Shown here piece after piece: positions 25,721-38,038 of a stretch of 64,000 bases of DNA. Each line of letters starts with the position of its first letter. The first letter of the stretch is position 1. The DNA lies in contig OX597815.1 of NCBI GenBank assembly GCA_951406725.2, positions 166,656,001-166,720,000 on the forward strand, in the 5' to 3' direction. Below the pieces are notes generated by a model that saw nothing but the letters and a program-made list of their open reading frames with translations, ran no database searches and was not told the DNA's origin. Source of the DNA: Octopus vulgaris. Its lineage: Eukaryota. The position numbers and the translations under genes were made by a program.

Positions 25721-26286
25721 GGACATAAACAACAGTGTTCATCAATAAGAAATTACAATATATGATATATATATATATAATTTACAAAATTAGGGCGAAA
25801 GAAAAATTCTAATGCCAAATATGCCGAAAAAAAGGACAAAAATTGTCAATAATCATTATAATTTATGCGTCTCGAAATTTCTAAAAAATCTGTTATTACC
25901 GTATTGGTCCCAATTGTTTCGAGACGCATAAATTATAATGGTTATTGACAATTTTTGTCTTTTTGCGGCATATTTGGCATGAAATTTTTATTTCGCCCTA
26001 ATTTTGTAAATTATTTATAAATTTAACCTTTAAAGGTATTTTTTGATATGCTGGTCATTGATAAAATATTTTTCCCGAAAAAAAATTTTATCCTACATTA
26101 GTTATAAATTGAATAGTGTTCACTTCCGGATTCTCTCACCCTGTGAAAGTTTCTAGTTCGAATCACACGTGTCTCGAGATGTGCCGAAGTTTTTCTATTT
26201 TGGATATATTTGGGGTACTTACGTCTGCTCAGGACTTAGTGCTTGCTTTTTCCATGGGTATGAGTAAGTATTTCACTTATATCTCA

Positions 26287-26357
26287 CGTATTTATCGCTG
26301 AAGACGGGAAAATTCTTATGAATTAACCTCGAAATTGGGACCAATACGGTAATAACG
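26287..26357 (+). ncRNA. Hammerhead ribozyme motif (degenerate stem II base)
   Basis: TATCG-CTGAAGA-CGGG..CCTC-GAAA-TTGG-GA-CCAA-TA-CGGTA; stem I TATCG/CGGTA, stem III TTGG/CCAA; C.C mismatch at the stem II base. Confidence 0.6.
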
Positions 26358-28204
26358 GATTTTTAAAGAAATTTCTATCGGTTTGTTTCGAGACGCATAA
26401 ATTATAATGGTTATTGACAATTTTTGTCTTTATCATAGGGAAATGATCTTGATAAAATTTTCCAATACAAAGAGAATTGTTAATTACAGTCTTTGAGATG
26501 CCAAATTAGTTTACTAAGATCTGTAGAATTACTTTTATGAATATTTTTAATTGTAGAAAGGTGGTTGGCAAGTCGTTTTTAAATTCCTGGATGAAAGTCC
26601 AATATAAAAAAATTCTTTAGATCCCGCAGAAATTTTACATTGATAAACAACGTTTTTAATTCTGCAATTTCCGTTGAAAACGCAAATTTTATTCGGACCA
26701 CAATTACACGGACTACTACGATTGATACTATTATTTAAGGAGTGATTATCGTTATTATTATTATTATTATTACTACTATTATTATTATTATTATTACAGT
26801 TATTAAGCGAAACCCTTTAACGTTAAGAATACAGTTGTTATGCAAGGATATAATCTGTAGGAGGTTATTGTTGTTGGAGAAACGAATTCGGATACTGTGG
26901 GTGTTGAAATTGAAGAGGCACCTGAAATTTTTGGGAAAGTTCCTTTCGATGGCTTGAAGAAATAGGTAGGGAAGATTACTTTTAACTTACTTATCCATAT
27001 GGAATAATAAGCCAAATAGTTTTACTAGGGTCATGCGATTTATAGAGAGACTTATCATTAAAAAACTTGAAGTTTTTAAAATTTTTTACAAAATCATAGT
27101 GGGGAAGTACAGTTACCTCCCTTAGACTGTTTATTTTTGAATTTTTCTAATTTAGGATTTTGGCTATTTCGATATAAGGAGTTATAATCTGGATAATTGC
27201 CTACGAGGGAAACATTATGTGTATTATTATTAGTATTAACACAATTACTATTAACCAGATTATTAGAGGTCGAACCAGGATCAAGTGTGTTATAATACTC
27301 AAGTTATTCCTTATATCCTGCCTTATATAAGGACGAATTATAGAAATCAGCGTTATTATTGAAAACATTAATATTGGCGGATAAATTAGAGATTCTAAGC
27401 GATATGTTTTTATTCAAGCTTTTGTTATATTAGTAGGAGGATTACTAAAACTGCTGATGTATTTTAGATTGGTTGAAGGTTTATAGTATGGTAAATATAA
27501 AGCTGTATTTAAGTTGCGCGTAAGGTCAAGAAAATTAACCTTTGTTCTATCATAATCGAAAGTAATACATAGATCCATACTACTAAAGAATGAACTAGAT
27601 TATTTTTAAAATTTTGTAATTTTTGATTAGAGATATTTTGGAGGCAAAGGAGGCTGTCGTCGCGATATAAACCACCGAGTATATGTGTGAATTGGTCGGT
27701 CATTTCTGATAGAATATAAATACCGACCAAATCAGCTATTTGAGCTGAGTCACTAGACCCCATAGGTATATCAAAGCAGTCAGGTCGGTCTTTACGAACC
27801 CAACATTTATTATCAAATTTCACAATAGATTTTCGAGCTGTTAAAACAACATTATTTTCATCACGCGTGAGGCCAGGTTTATTATGCGTGAAACATAGGG
27901 CTTTATTTTAATGTGTCTATCGAAGCATATGTCGGTTATATGGTGATATAAATTATTTAAATAACATCTTGAGCATTTGTCCCCATTTTTCCATTACTTT
28001 TATGATCTCCAAAACACGTCTCAATATTTTCGTCGCTTTGACACCGCGACCTGTTCACAGACAAAATTCCGTACAGCACGGCAAATTAAATTTAAATATT
28101 GAAGTGAATCTAACGGTTTTTGTGTTTTTAAATGGCTTATAAACACCTTCCACGCTGCAATTGTTTTTGTTTCAGCACTTGATCCCAGATCAGGTCACTT
28201 GCTA

Positions 28205-28575
28205 TGCCGCCGCCGTGGTGATCTCATTCTCGCTCACAACATCATAAGCGGAAAGTGTAACCTCTCGAAAGAGCTGTTCTTCACTCCTGCTCCAGAGCGT
28301 CGGCTGCGGGGTCATTCCGAAAAGCTCTACCTGCGACAATTTCATCTCAATCGAAGGAGAGGAGCTTTCTCCGTCCGGGTTGCGGATCCGTGGAACAAGC
28401 TGCCAGACGAGATGGTGAAGATGCCGACGACCGCTTTGTTCAAAGTCTCCCTTGACCTCAAGTGGCCTGAACTCTTTACATGAACACCACCCTGTACTTA
28501 ACTCCATGTCCCCCTACATGGCCTTGCTATTTGCTTTTGAGCCAAAAATTAACTAACTAACTAACTAACTAACTA
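28205..28575 (+). mobile_element. CR1-clade LINE 3' end with (AACT)n tail
   Basis: RRRGDLILAHNII..RLRGHSEKL..RRGAFSVRVADPWNKLP..FKVSLD is a typical CR1 ORF2 C-terminus; short 3'UTR then (AACT)n. Confidence 0.92.
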
Positions 28576-28849
28576 AGTACATCTCTGTAACATATACTAC
28601 TAGGAGTTGTTACTCACGCTGTAAATTTCTCTGATGAGTAATTCCATGTTCGCTTCACTAGATGGTAATATTATCTGGAGTGTATATTTTCAATAATTAT
28701 AACGATGAATATGGAGACAGGTACATCATCAAAGTTTATTTCCTTTTATTTTACAATGTCTTACAGCATATTTTAGACGACTACACGTGTTTCTATTGCA
28801 CAGAGAATGGGTAGTTATATATGCAACCGGGCAAAATTTTCTGTGCAGC

Positions 28850-28891
<42 letters not shown>

Positions 28892-28899
28892 TGCACACA

Positions 28900-29105
28900 T
28901 ACGCATGTGTCTGTGTCATTGTACTTGTATTTGTCCTACCCCACCATTTAACAACCGGTTTTGGTTTGTTTGCGTCCTGTACCTTAGCATTTCGGGGAAA
29001 AGAGTTTTAAAGAAGTGATCGCTGGGTTTGATTTATTTGGCTAAAATCTTGAAGGTAGTGCCCCAGCATGACCGCAGTCCAATGACTGAAAGAGATAAAA
29101 GTTAA
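28900..29105 (+). mobile_element. SINE family C, 3' half, diverged
   Basis: ..GAAGGTAGTGCCCCAGCATGACCGCAGTCCAATGACTGAAAG. Confidence 0.75.
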
Positions 29106-30667
29106 AAGATAAAAAAAACAACCCTTAAACTGTTGAATGATTTTTTTGATCTTAGAATAGCAAAACAATTCAGGTACTTTTCATTGGAATTTAAACATTA
29201 ACTAGTAAGTTATGTATGTATGTATACACACATACGCTCTCGCTCTCATACACACAGAGACATGTATAACAGAAGATGGAAACATTGTACCATTGTCTAC
29301 GGAAGTCTAAAACGCTGTGCTTACTGTAAGTTGTGTAACTGTGACCTAGCCACCACGCCAGAGCATCATCTCAGTTCTAACCACAATTGGAAGACTTAAC
29401 CGAACAAGATTACAAGATTGCACAATCTTATCTTTTACGACAGCAAGAAAACACAAACTCTACTCATATCACCCACCCCAGTCATGAGAAGCACTCAAGA
29501 GGAGCCCTTACATTGCTCCAAATGAGGTACCTCACATCAACCAAGGAACTCTCTTGGTGAAAACACATCCATAATATAACTCTGACAACATTCTAACTAT
29601 TGGCCTTCTCAGAGCCAGAAGACGTTTCCCTTAATAATAATTATTGGTACCCTACATAGTTCAGATGAAGTATTGCTCTCACATTTGGGTTTATACTGTT
29701 CCTGTACATATTGACCCTAGACAGCATCTACAAAAAAACTGGTAGAAGGTCACTCACGGATACATCCTAGCTTTCGGCCCACAGACATGCTGTCTTTCTT
29801 CTCTGCCTTTTCTACCATTATAATAGCTTCTACTTCACGGATATGTCTGGTGTCTGGGGTCATTCCACTCCCAGGTCCTGTAGTGATCACTATTCTCAGT
29901 CCTTCGTTCTCAGATTGTCTACACTCCTGAATTCCCTCTCTGCTCATGTCTTTCTCAAAGGTGAAGACTTATTCGTCTAGGTGGAATGTAATGTATCTAT
30001 CACAGGTGCAAGTCATCTTACACTTCCTGTCAATATCGATGATATTCTATACCTTTCAGGATATGCATTCAAGCATAACTTTCTGTTGTAGTGATGAGTA
30101 CTCCTCCCACAATTTTCTGTTAAGTCGGTTAGTTTAACTGGCTTGACCACATGAAACGGCTGTAACTAACTTCGTGCGTCCCCAAAAGGTTATTTTTACT
30201 GATGAGTACATAGGTACTCATTTCTTCTTTTACTATTTAGCTAATGCTGTCATTGTGTTGAGATCTGGCGCTTCTGGACTATCATACACTCCCGTCTGAG
30301 TCAGATCTTGTTAGAGTTGCTAATGATGTGGAAGTTATCACTAGTAACGACAGACAAGATGTATCGATTGGAGGGATGGATAAAAAATATATGATAGTCT
30401 AAAAACCAAGCAGCCTATGAGCGCCAGATGATATCACACAGGCAACATGAAAGGAAAAGGAAAGGGGAAAATGAGTAAATCCCATATGTTAATAACATTC
30501 TTGACTTGATATCCTGTTGCAGATCCCTATAATCGTCGAGCGCCAGTACCCAGAATGTTCGAACAAGCACTGGTACTACAAAAGTGTTATAGGGTAGTCT
30601 TATTGAACTTAGATAGCTCTGACTTCCATATATTCCGAAGTCTATTTAAGTATTCCTTTGTCAGTTT

Positions 30668-30925
30668 GTGGAGGCGCGTGGTTTAGTGGTTAGGGTGTCA
30701 GCATCATGATCGTAAGATTGTGCTTTTGATTCCTGGACCGGGCGACTCGTTGTGTTCTTGAGCAATACACTTCAATTCACGTTTCTCCTGTCCATTCAGC
30801 TGGCAAAAATGAATAATGCTGCGATGGACTGGCGTCCCGTCCAGCTGGGGAACACATACGCCATAGAAACCGGGAAACCGGGCCCATGAGCCTGGCTAGG
30901 GTTTAAAAGGGCGCATTTATTTTTA
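30668..30925 (+). mobile_element. tRNA-derived CORE-type SINE (H1-type head, CORE body, tail T2)
   Basis: GGAGGCGCGTGGTTTAGTGGTTAGGG..GTGTTCTTGAGCAATACACTT..CTGCGATGGACTGGCGTCCCGTCCAG..GAAACCGGGAAACCGGGCCCATGAGCCTGGCTAGG. Confidence 0.88.
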
Positions 30926-31829
30926 ATTTATTTTGTCACTTTAGCTTTACACAAAGCATTAACGCATGCAACTTTATCCTCAGTCCTAAGATAGCTCTAG
31001 CATTTGTTATTCGAGAGAGGTCAAATAGACAGGCCATTGATATCCATATTTCTTGTCTGGTCAGTTAAGTTCCCTCGACTAACAACCAGATATGAGCATT
31101 TAGCTGACCAATCTTCATTCCTGTATCTCATTAGAATGTTGTCTGTATGTCTGTATGTATGTATGCGTGTATGTATGCATGTGGGCATGCATGTATGTAC
31201 GTTTGCCAGCATGTCAAGCAATATGAAAAGTTCATATCCTATTGGTGTTCCAATTAGTAACTTCTTATATTCTAAAATCTATTTATATCAGTTTCTTTTC
31301 AGAAAAAAATCATGAACAAAATAAACACATGGCATTATAGTTTACCAAAGGATGTAGATATTTACTGTATACAGTTTAGCAAGCGGGGACCCCCACCCCA
31401 CACATGCACACACACACATACACACACACAAAAGCACACTCATAGAAACTATTTTAGTAAACACGGCGCAGCATTGGTTTTACATGACTGAGAAAGTCGC
31501 TACATTGTGCCTCGATCTTCTAGAAATAGCAATCAAATCTCTGTCTAATCACACTTTACCGTATTAAAAAATGAAGGACTGTTAGGTATTGCGGTCCCTT
31601 GACTATATAAACATCAGCTTTTTTTAAGTGAAGGCTGACCTGGAGCTAAATAAATTAGCAAAGTGGATATTTTTCAGGATAACAAATTAGTATAGTCCTC
31701 CTAGCCACCTATTAAACCATCAATCAATCAATGAGTCGGTCGATCGATCAATACACTCCTGCATCCATCCAGTCACCTTTCCAACTATCCCATCTATCTC
31801 CACACATTAATCCATTCGTCTGTCAATAT

Positions 31830-32542
31830 ATCAACCCATCCATCCATCCATCCATCACGCCAACCATTCACCCATCCATTCATCCATCCATCCATCCATT
31901 AATCAATCTACCCATTCACCCATCCACCCCATCCATCCATCCATCCATCCATCAATCCATCCATCCATCCATCAATCCACCCACCCAACCATCCATCCAT
32001 TAATCAGTCCACCCATTCGCCCATCCATCCATCAATCCATCCATCCATCAATCCATTAATCAATCTACCCATTCACCCATCTACCCATCAATCCATCTAT
32101 CCATCAATCCACCCACCCAACCATCCATCCATTAATCAGTCCACCCATTCGCCCATCCATCCATCAATCCATCCATCCATCAATCTACCCATCCATCCAT
32201 CCATCCATCCATCAATCCATCCATCCATTTATCCATCCACCTATCCGTCTACTCATCCATCCATCCATCCATCAATCCATCCAACCATCCCTACACTCAC
32301 CGACCTATCCATCTAAGCTGGCAAGTAAACAAGCAAGCAAAAAAGCCAGCCAGCAAGCAAGCAAACAACCAACCAACCAGACAGCGACCGACCGACCGAC
32401 CGACCGACCGACCGAGCAGCCGTCCGTCCATCCGTCCGACCGACCGGCCAGCCAACCAAATCATCTGTCGATCCATTCAAATTTCTGACCATCCATCCAT
32501 CCATCCATCCATCCATCCATCCATCCATCCATCCATCCATCC
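31830..32542. repeat. (CCAT)n/(CCGA)n tetranucleotide array with internal block duplications
   Basis: Direct inspection. Confidence 0.92.
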
Positions 32543-32890
32543 AATCAGCCTACCCCTCCAGATTACAAACCAACCGTCTTTCTTACTGTTTATTCAATCA
32601 TTCACTCATTCATTCCTATTTCTTTTTACTCCAAGTGCCACTCATCTATCCTCCACCTTCCTTCTACACCCACTTTTGCATCAATTTCCTTTTCTTCTCA
32701 CTGTCTCCTTCACCCCAACTCTCCTTTAGCTGTTTTGGTCAACTGAGATTGTTTCATTGAAATTTCTGAAATGTCCGAATATTTTTTTCGTTAACCGGAA
32801 GTTGTAGCTAGTACAAGATATTTGGCGTATGTCGTAGGAGGGAGAATGGATTAGAGGACTGCAAGGAATAAGGAATGCTTAGAAAGAAAG

Positions 32891-32936
<46 letters not shown>

Positions 32937-33243
32937 CGAGAGAGATGAGATAATGAGGGAAGGAGAGAGAGGCGGGAAACCAGAAATGAAAAGTACAAAG
33001 AAAAAAGAGAAAAGGATTGGTTCATATACAGAGAGCGAAAAATAGAATAGATGTGGAGTGTTGGACGCACACGCGCGCACACAGATATCCGCCCACCCCA
33101 CCCACAAGTACAAACGCATATATACTTGCATGTATGTATTCTTGTCTATGTTGACATGAAGACAGATATGTATCCGTGTTACTGCCTCAGCAGGCGTTAA
33201 CAGCACAGCTGTTATCCTGCCTTGTCTCCGGCCAGTTATCCGG

Positions 33244-33315
<72 letters not shown>

Positions 33316-33346
33316 TTATCTATCTATATTTCTCTCTCCCCCCCTC

Positions 33347-33406
<60 letters not shown>

Positions 33407-33407
33407 C

Positions 33408-33690
33408 ATTCAGTTCTATATTTGAGAGATAAGGAATTTAGTACATTATTTGCATTATTTACAATTGACGGATATTCGTGCTAACAAACAAGATGAGGAC
33501 GAATATCCGTCAATTGTAAATGATGTATATAATGTAGATAATTCCTCATCTCTCAAATATAGAACTGTATTATCTAACCGGTATGGAGTCGATATTAGAC
33601 TTCAGTGGAGACATATAAAGAAACTCCATCAAAAACTAGCTCGCCTTTCAAACCATCTAACTTTCCTGTGTAGATGTAGAGATATTAAAA
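33408..33690 (+). mobile_element. Penelope-like element 5' end: inverted pLTR pair followed by ORF N-terminus
   Basis: CAGTTCTATATTTGAGAGATAAGGAATT.. is inverted with ..AATTCCTCATCTCTCAAATATAGAACTG; then SNRYGVDIRLQWRHIKKLHQKLARLSNHLTFLCRCRD, a typical Penelope ORF N-terminus (RYG..KLAR..NHL.FL.RC). Confidence 0.75.
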
Positions 33691-33745
33691 AAAACAAAAT
33701 ATGTGTGTGTGTGTGTATATGCATATGTATACATACATGCATGCA

Positions 33746-33819
<74 letters not shown>

Positions 33820-33822
<3 letters not shown>

Positions 33823-34600
33823 CCTCAAATACATTCATAAAAAATAGTAATCACCCCAGGCGCATAGCCTAATCCATAGTCGCAAGCATTTCAACCCACA
33901 AATCGAATCTATCAGCCAGCCAGTAAGTATTTAAGTTAAACGAGGATTACTACAACATAACACTAGAGATGGCGGGATATAAAGAAAAACCAGTATTCAA
34001 CAAGGGGAATCAAAACAAGATAGCTACATATAGTAAGGTAACCTATCCAGCAACACTTTCGGACTTTTAAGAGGTATAAGGATAATGTTAGACAGCTAAC
34101 ACCCCAACAACAACAACTGAACTTGATATAAAAAATTGAATAACATAACCTAAAGATAAAAATATTTAATAACCATCATTTATATAAAAAAATGACTACT
34201 CTACCCAAATAATAACGCAAATATAAACCTAAAAAAAGGAATTTTTTAACAAATATGAACTCTCACTCTAAGACTCACAATCATTAAAATGAACAAAGAA
34301 CCCTGCAAAAATACTAGTTCCGACCTTGACATTTTTTTTTGCCCAAGCCCTAACTTCGGACATCGACTGGTGTAAATTTGAGGTCAGCAGTATATGCCAA
34401 CAAATAACATCCCTACCCACTAACATACATTTACTTCAGTCAGTTCACTTCGAGGATAGCCAAATGGATGGACCTTGATGAAGCTGCACGGACAATAATG
34501 CAAGGTTGCATTTACAACAGTGAGTAGTCGCTGCAGCAGAAACATGTTTCGGTCATCATAAGATGCTGTATAAGATTATAAAAGACATTTCGTGGATGTA
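33820..34600 (+). mobile_element. Decayed Penelope-like element fragment (thumb region) ending in a hammerhead-like repeat
   Basis: LKYIHKNSNHPRRIA*SIVASIS..NLSASQ*VF..YYN..LEMAGYK, homologous to the thumb at ~27320-27480. Confidence 0.65.
34467..34557 (+). ncRNA. Degenerate hammerhead ribozyme motif
   Basis: GACC-TTGATGA-AGCTGCA...TGCAGCA-GAAAC-ATGT-TTC-GGTC; stems I and II recognisable, core mutated. Confidence 0.5.
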
Positions 34601-34629
34601 CAAGTCCTCATACTCTTTATTATTTATAA

Positions 34630-35014
34630 TCTATTATATAAAATCCGTTCTGTGTGTGTGTGTGTGTGTGTCTTCTAGGATCTCGGGTATCTTACATCCG
34701 ATTGCGCTCAAATTTGATATGTAGATACCGACAGTATCAGGGCGAGTATAAGTCTTGATAAAATTACAAAAATCGGTTCCAGGTGAGAATGCAATCGATA
34801 AAGCCGTGGGAACGTGTATTTGTAAAATAATTTTTCTTGGAATAGAAAAAAAGTCTATCTTTATCCCTTCTTTTGCTGGTGTCTCAAATTTAGGTTAAAT
34901 CAGTGTTTCTCAAAGGGGAAGCCTATGGAACGGTCGGACAAGTCGTTTTGAGAAAATTTGGCTTAAACGTTTGACAACTCAGCACCGTCCACTGGACGGG
35001 GGGCGTTTTTCTCG
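34630..35014 (+). mobile_element. Non-autonomous Helitron
   Basis: A|TCTATTATATAAAA start, (TG)n, CCGATTGCGCTCAAATTT motif, 3' hairpin CCGTCCA-C-TGGACGG, ends CTCG|T. Confidence 0.75.
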
Positions 35015-35029
35015 TTATATATATAAACT

Positions 35030-35340
35030 GGTACTTCGTCGGTTACGACGACGGGGGTTCCAGATGATCCAATCAACGGAACAGCCTGCTCGTAAAATGA
35101 ACGCGCAAGTGGCCGAGCACTCCACAGACACGCGTATCCTTAATGTAGTACTGAGGGGGATTCAGCGCGATGCTGAATGTGACAAGACTGGCTCTTTGAA
35201 ATACAAGTACAACTCATTTTTGCTAGCTGAGTTGACTGGAACGACGTGAAATAAAGTGTCTTGCTCAAGGACACAACACGCCGCCAGGAATCGGACCCAC
35301 GACCTTACGATCATGAACCGAAGACTAACCATGAAGCCAT
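35030..35340 (-). mobile_element. CORE-type SINE (H1, CORE, T1)
   Basis: Reverse complement of the family at 9349-9670. Confidence 0.85.
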
Positions 35341-35753
35341 ATATAGAAAGAGTGAAAGAGAGAGAAGGGGAGAGAAAAGGAGGGAGAAAGAGGGTGTGAA
35401 ATGATATGAATGATCGAGTTGTAGTAAAGGGAACATTGAAGTACTACAAAAAGCGCAACGAAAAGAGAGAGAGAAAAGGTTAAGAGAAAGAGAAAGAGAG
35501 AGAAAGAGAGTAAGACATAGACAGAATGAATGTGAGACTATGACGTTCCTCTCCTAACTATCCGCCATTTTTTTTTACCGCTGTCTTCCCAATTGACATA
35601 AGATAAAATAACAGCAACGTGAAGACGCTGTCCTTTAGTGCAACTATTCATTCATCAAACACTACGCTGTTTCACCTCTCTTTCCTATCTTTCTGTCTGT
35701 TTCTTTCTCTCTCTTTATCTGTCTCTATCTATCTGTCTCTATCTGTCTGTCCT

Positions 35754-35824
<71 letters not shown>

Positions 35825-36154
35825 CTCTCTCTCTCGCTCTCTGTGCTTCTCTCATCCACACACACACGGACATGCACTGTATACACACAAGCATGCACAC
35901 ACATACACCCACACACAGACACACACATAGGCATGCGCGCACACTCACAAACACACATACACATGCAACTACGCAAAGCCTCACTCCACCACATCCTAAA
36001 GGAAAACACTGCCTTCATATTTTCCTTTTGTTTTCACGTAAAAATTCTAGAGATGTACGGATTTTTACATCTGCACTTCGCGCTCACATCTTGTTTGATT
36101 TTTCTTAATTCTTCGTTGTTATATTTATTTTGATATTTTGCGCATACACACACA

Positions 36155-36222
<68 letters not shown>

Positions 36223-36235
36223 TACACACACACAC

Positions 36236-36274
<39 letters not shown>

Positions 36275-36343
36275 GAAGTAAGCCCATAAATGTGAAACAA
36301 GGTGGAAAAAAGAGTACTCAAATACCAGAGGTAGAGTAATATG

Positions 36344-36489
36344 CTTTATTTAAAATCAGCAGAAAATATAACAAAAGCTGTTACTCAGAGTTTCACGTTC
36401 CCGTTCATCGGACAAAACTGTCCGATGGACGGGAACGTGAAACTCTGAGTAACAGCTTTTGTTATATTTTCTGCTGCTTTTAAATAAAG
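36344..36489. repeat. Fold-back inverted repeat holding two back-to-back minimal hammerhead motifs
   Basis: Arms 36344-36414 and 36419-36489. Minus strand TGT-CCGATGA-ACG GGAA CGT-GAAAC-TCTGA-GTA-ACA (36379-36414); plus copy has CCGATGG (36419-36454). Confidence 0.8.
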
Positions 36490-36497
36490 TATATATA

Positions 36498-36572
<75 letters not shown>

Positions 36573-36763
36573 GTATATATGTTGGACTTCTGGATTTTAC
36601 TAAAAGGTTATTGGAATATTACATATATATATCATTATGTCTATAAAACGGTTTTATGAACTCAATAACCATACATATTTTACATCTATTTTCTTTCCTC
36701 CACCTCACTCTCTATTTGTATCACATCGAAACTAACTATGACTTAATTTTTCCTCTCACACCA

Positions 36764-36816
36764 TCTCCGATGAAAGGATATTATTATTGATTAATATTCT
36801 AGAAACAGCTGTAAGA
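36764..36816 (+). ncRNA. Minimal hammerhead motif (CCGAUGA variant)
   Basis: TCT-CCGATGA-AAGGATATT..AATATTCTA-GAAAC-AGCT-GTA-AGA; palindromic stem III ACAGCTGT. Confidence 0.6.
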
Positions 36817-37389
36817 CCTTCTATTTATAAATGCTCTAATATCTATACATCCTTGTTTTTTTTTATCTCATTACGCAAAAAATTCACACACACACACGCA
36901 TATATATATATTAATCAAAGGACATACTGAGTATGTCTATCTGCTGGAAATAAGAGTCAAAACTCTTATTTAAACTGCCGAAAAAATAACACTGATAATA
37001 ACTAAAGACGTCAACCGTACGCGGACGAACGGGTCAAGAAAATCATTCACAGACCTATATAGTTTCCAGGTATTTATTTTCTAGTATTTGGACTTACGTG
37101 GATCGGTTTCTGAACTGGCATTATAGCCTATTTTTCCTCAGCACGAGTTAACTCGATGGAAAAGTCTCTCAACCCGTCACGTTGAAATCTGCGATGCTTA
37201 CAAGTCGTTTTAGTTGATCAAACTCATGAATACAAATGCATATTAACCTACATGTACACACTTTTAGTTTGAGAGATTACTCAGTACGAAAAAGTAGTTA
37301 GTAAGAAGAGGAACGATCTGCATGGAAAAAAACCCGCTGAAGTCATTGGGTTGATGGAGAAACTGGGTTCCTGCTAATAATACCTTAAT

Positions 37390-38038
37390 AATCTTTCCTA
37401 CTTTACTACTCTAGGCACAAGGACCGAAATTTTGAGGGAGGGGGGGCAGTCGATTAGATCGACCCCAGTATGCAACTGGTACTTAGTTTATCGATCCTGT
37501 AAGGATGAAAGGCAAAGTCGATCTCGGCGGAATTTGAACTCAGAACGTTAGAGGAAATACTGCTAACGATTCTGCCAGCTCACCGCCCTAATAATACCTT
37601 AATAATACCTATTTCTTTATTACCCACAAGGGACTAAACATAGAGGGGATTGGTATTAAGTCGATTACATCGACCCCAGTGCGTAACTGGTACTTAATTT
37701 ATCGACCGCGAAAGGATGAAAGGCAAAGTCGACCTCGGCGGAATTTGAACTCACAACGTAACGGCAGCCGAAATACCGCTAAGCATTTCGCCCGACGTGC
37801 TAACGTTTCTGCCAGCTTGCCGCCCTTATTTCTTTACTACCCACAAGGGGCTAAACACGGAGGGGACAAACAAGGACAGACAAACGGATTAACGTCGATT
37901 ACATCGACCCCAGTGCGTAACTGGTACTTAATTTATCGACCCCGAAAGGATGAAAGGCAAAGTCGACCTCGGCAGAATTTGAACTCAGAACGTAAAGACA
38001 GACGAAATACCGCTAACGTTTCTGCCAGCTCACCGCCC
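37390..38038 (-). mobile_element. Cluster of three tandem family M SINEs
   Basis: Three copies of ..GTCGATTACATCGACCCCAGT..GAAAGGATGAAAGGCAAAGTCGACCTCGGCGGAATTTGAACTC..GCCAGCTCACCGCC. Confidence 0.9.

Larger units (their letters stand above)
25560..27995 (-). mobile_element. Penelope-like element (RT plus C-terminal GIY-YIG; Naiad/Neptune-like), 5'-truncated, with inverted terminal-repeat copy
   Basis: RT FDIPMGSSDSAQIADLVGIYIL..GGLYRDD (ORF 27509-27823); thumb PYYKPSTNLKYISSFSNPP..SLRISNLS..LYKAGY; C..CVFNGNC..VVYQCKI..FYIGLS..RLANH..TDLSKLIWHLKD (GIY-YIG, ~26440-26710). 25560-25670 is inverted at 27903-27995. Confidence 0.88.
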
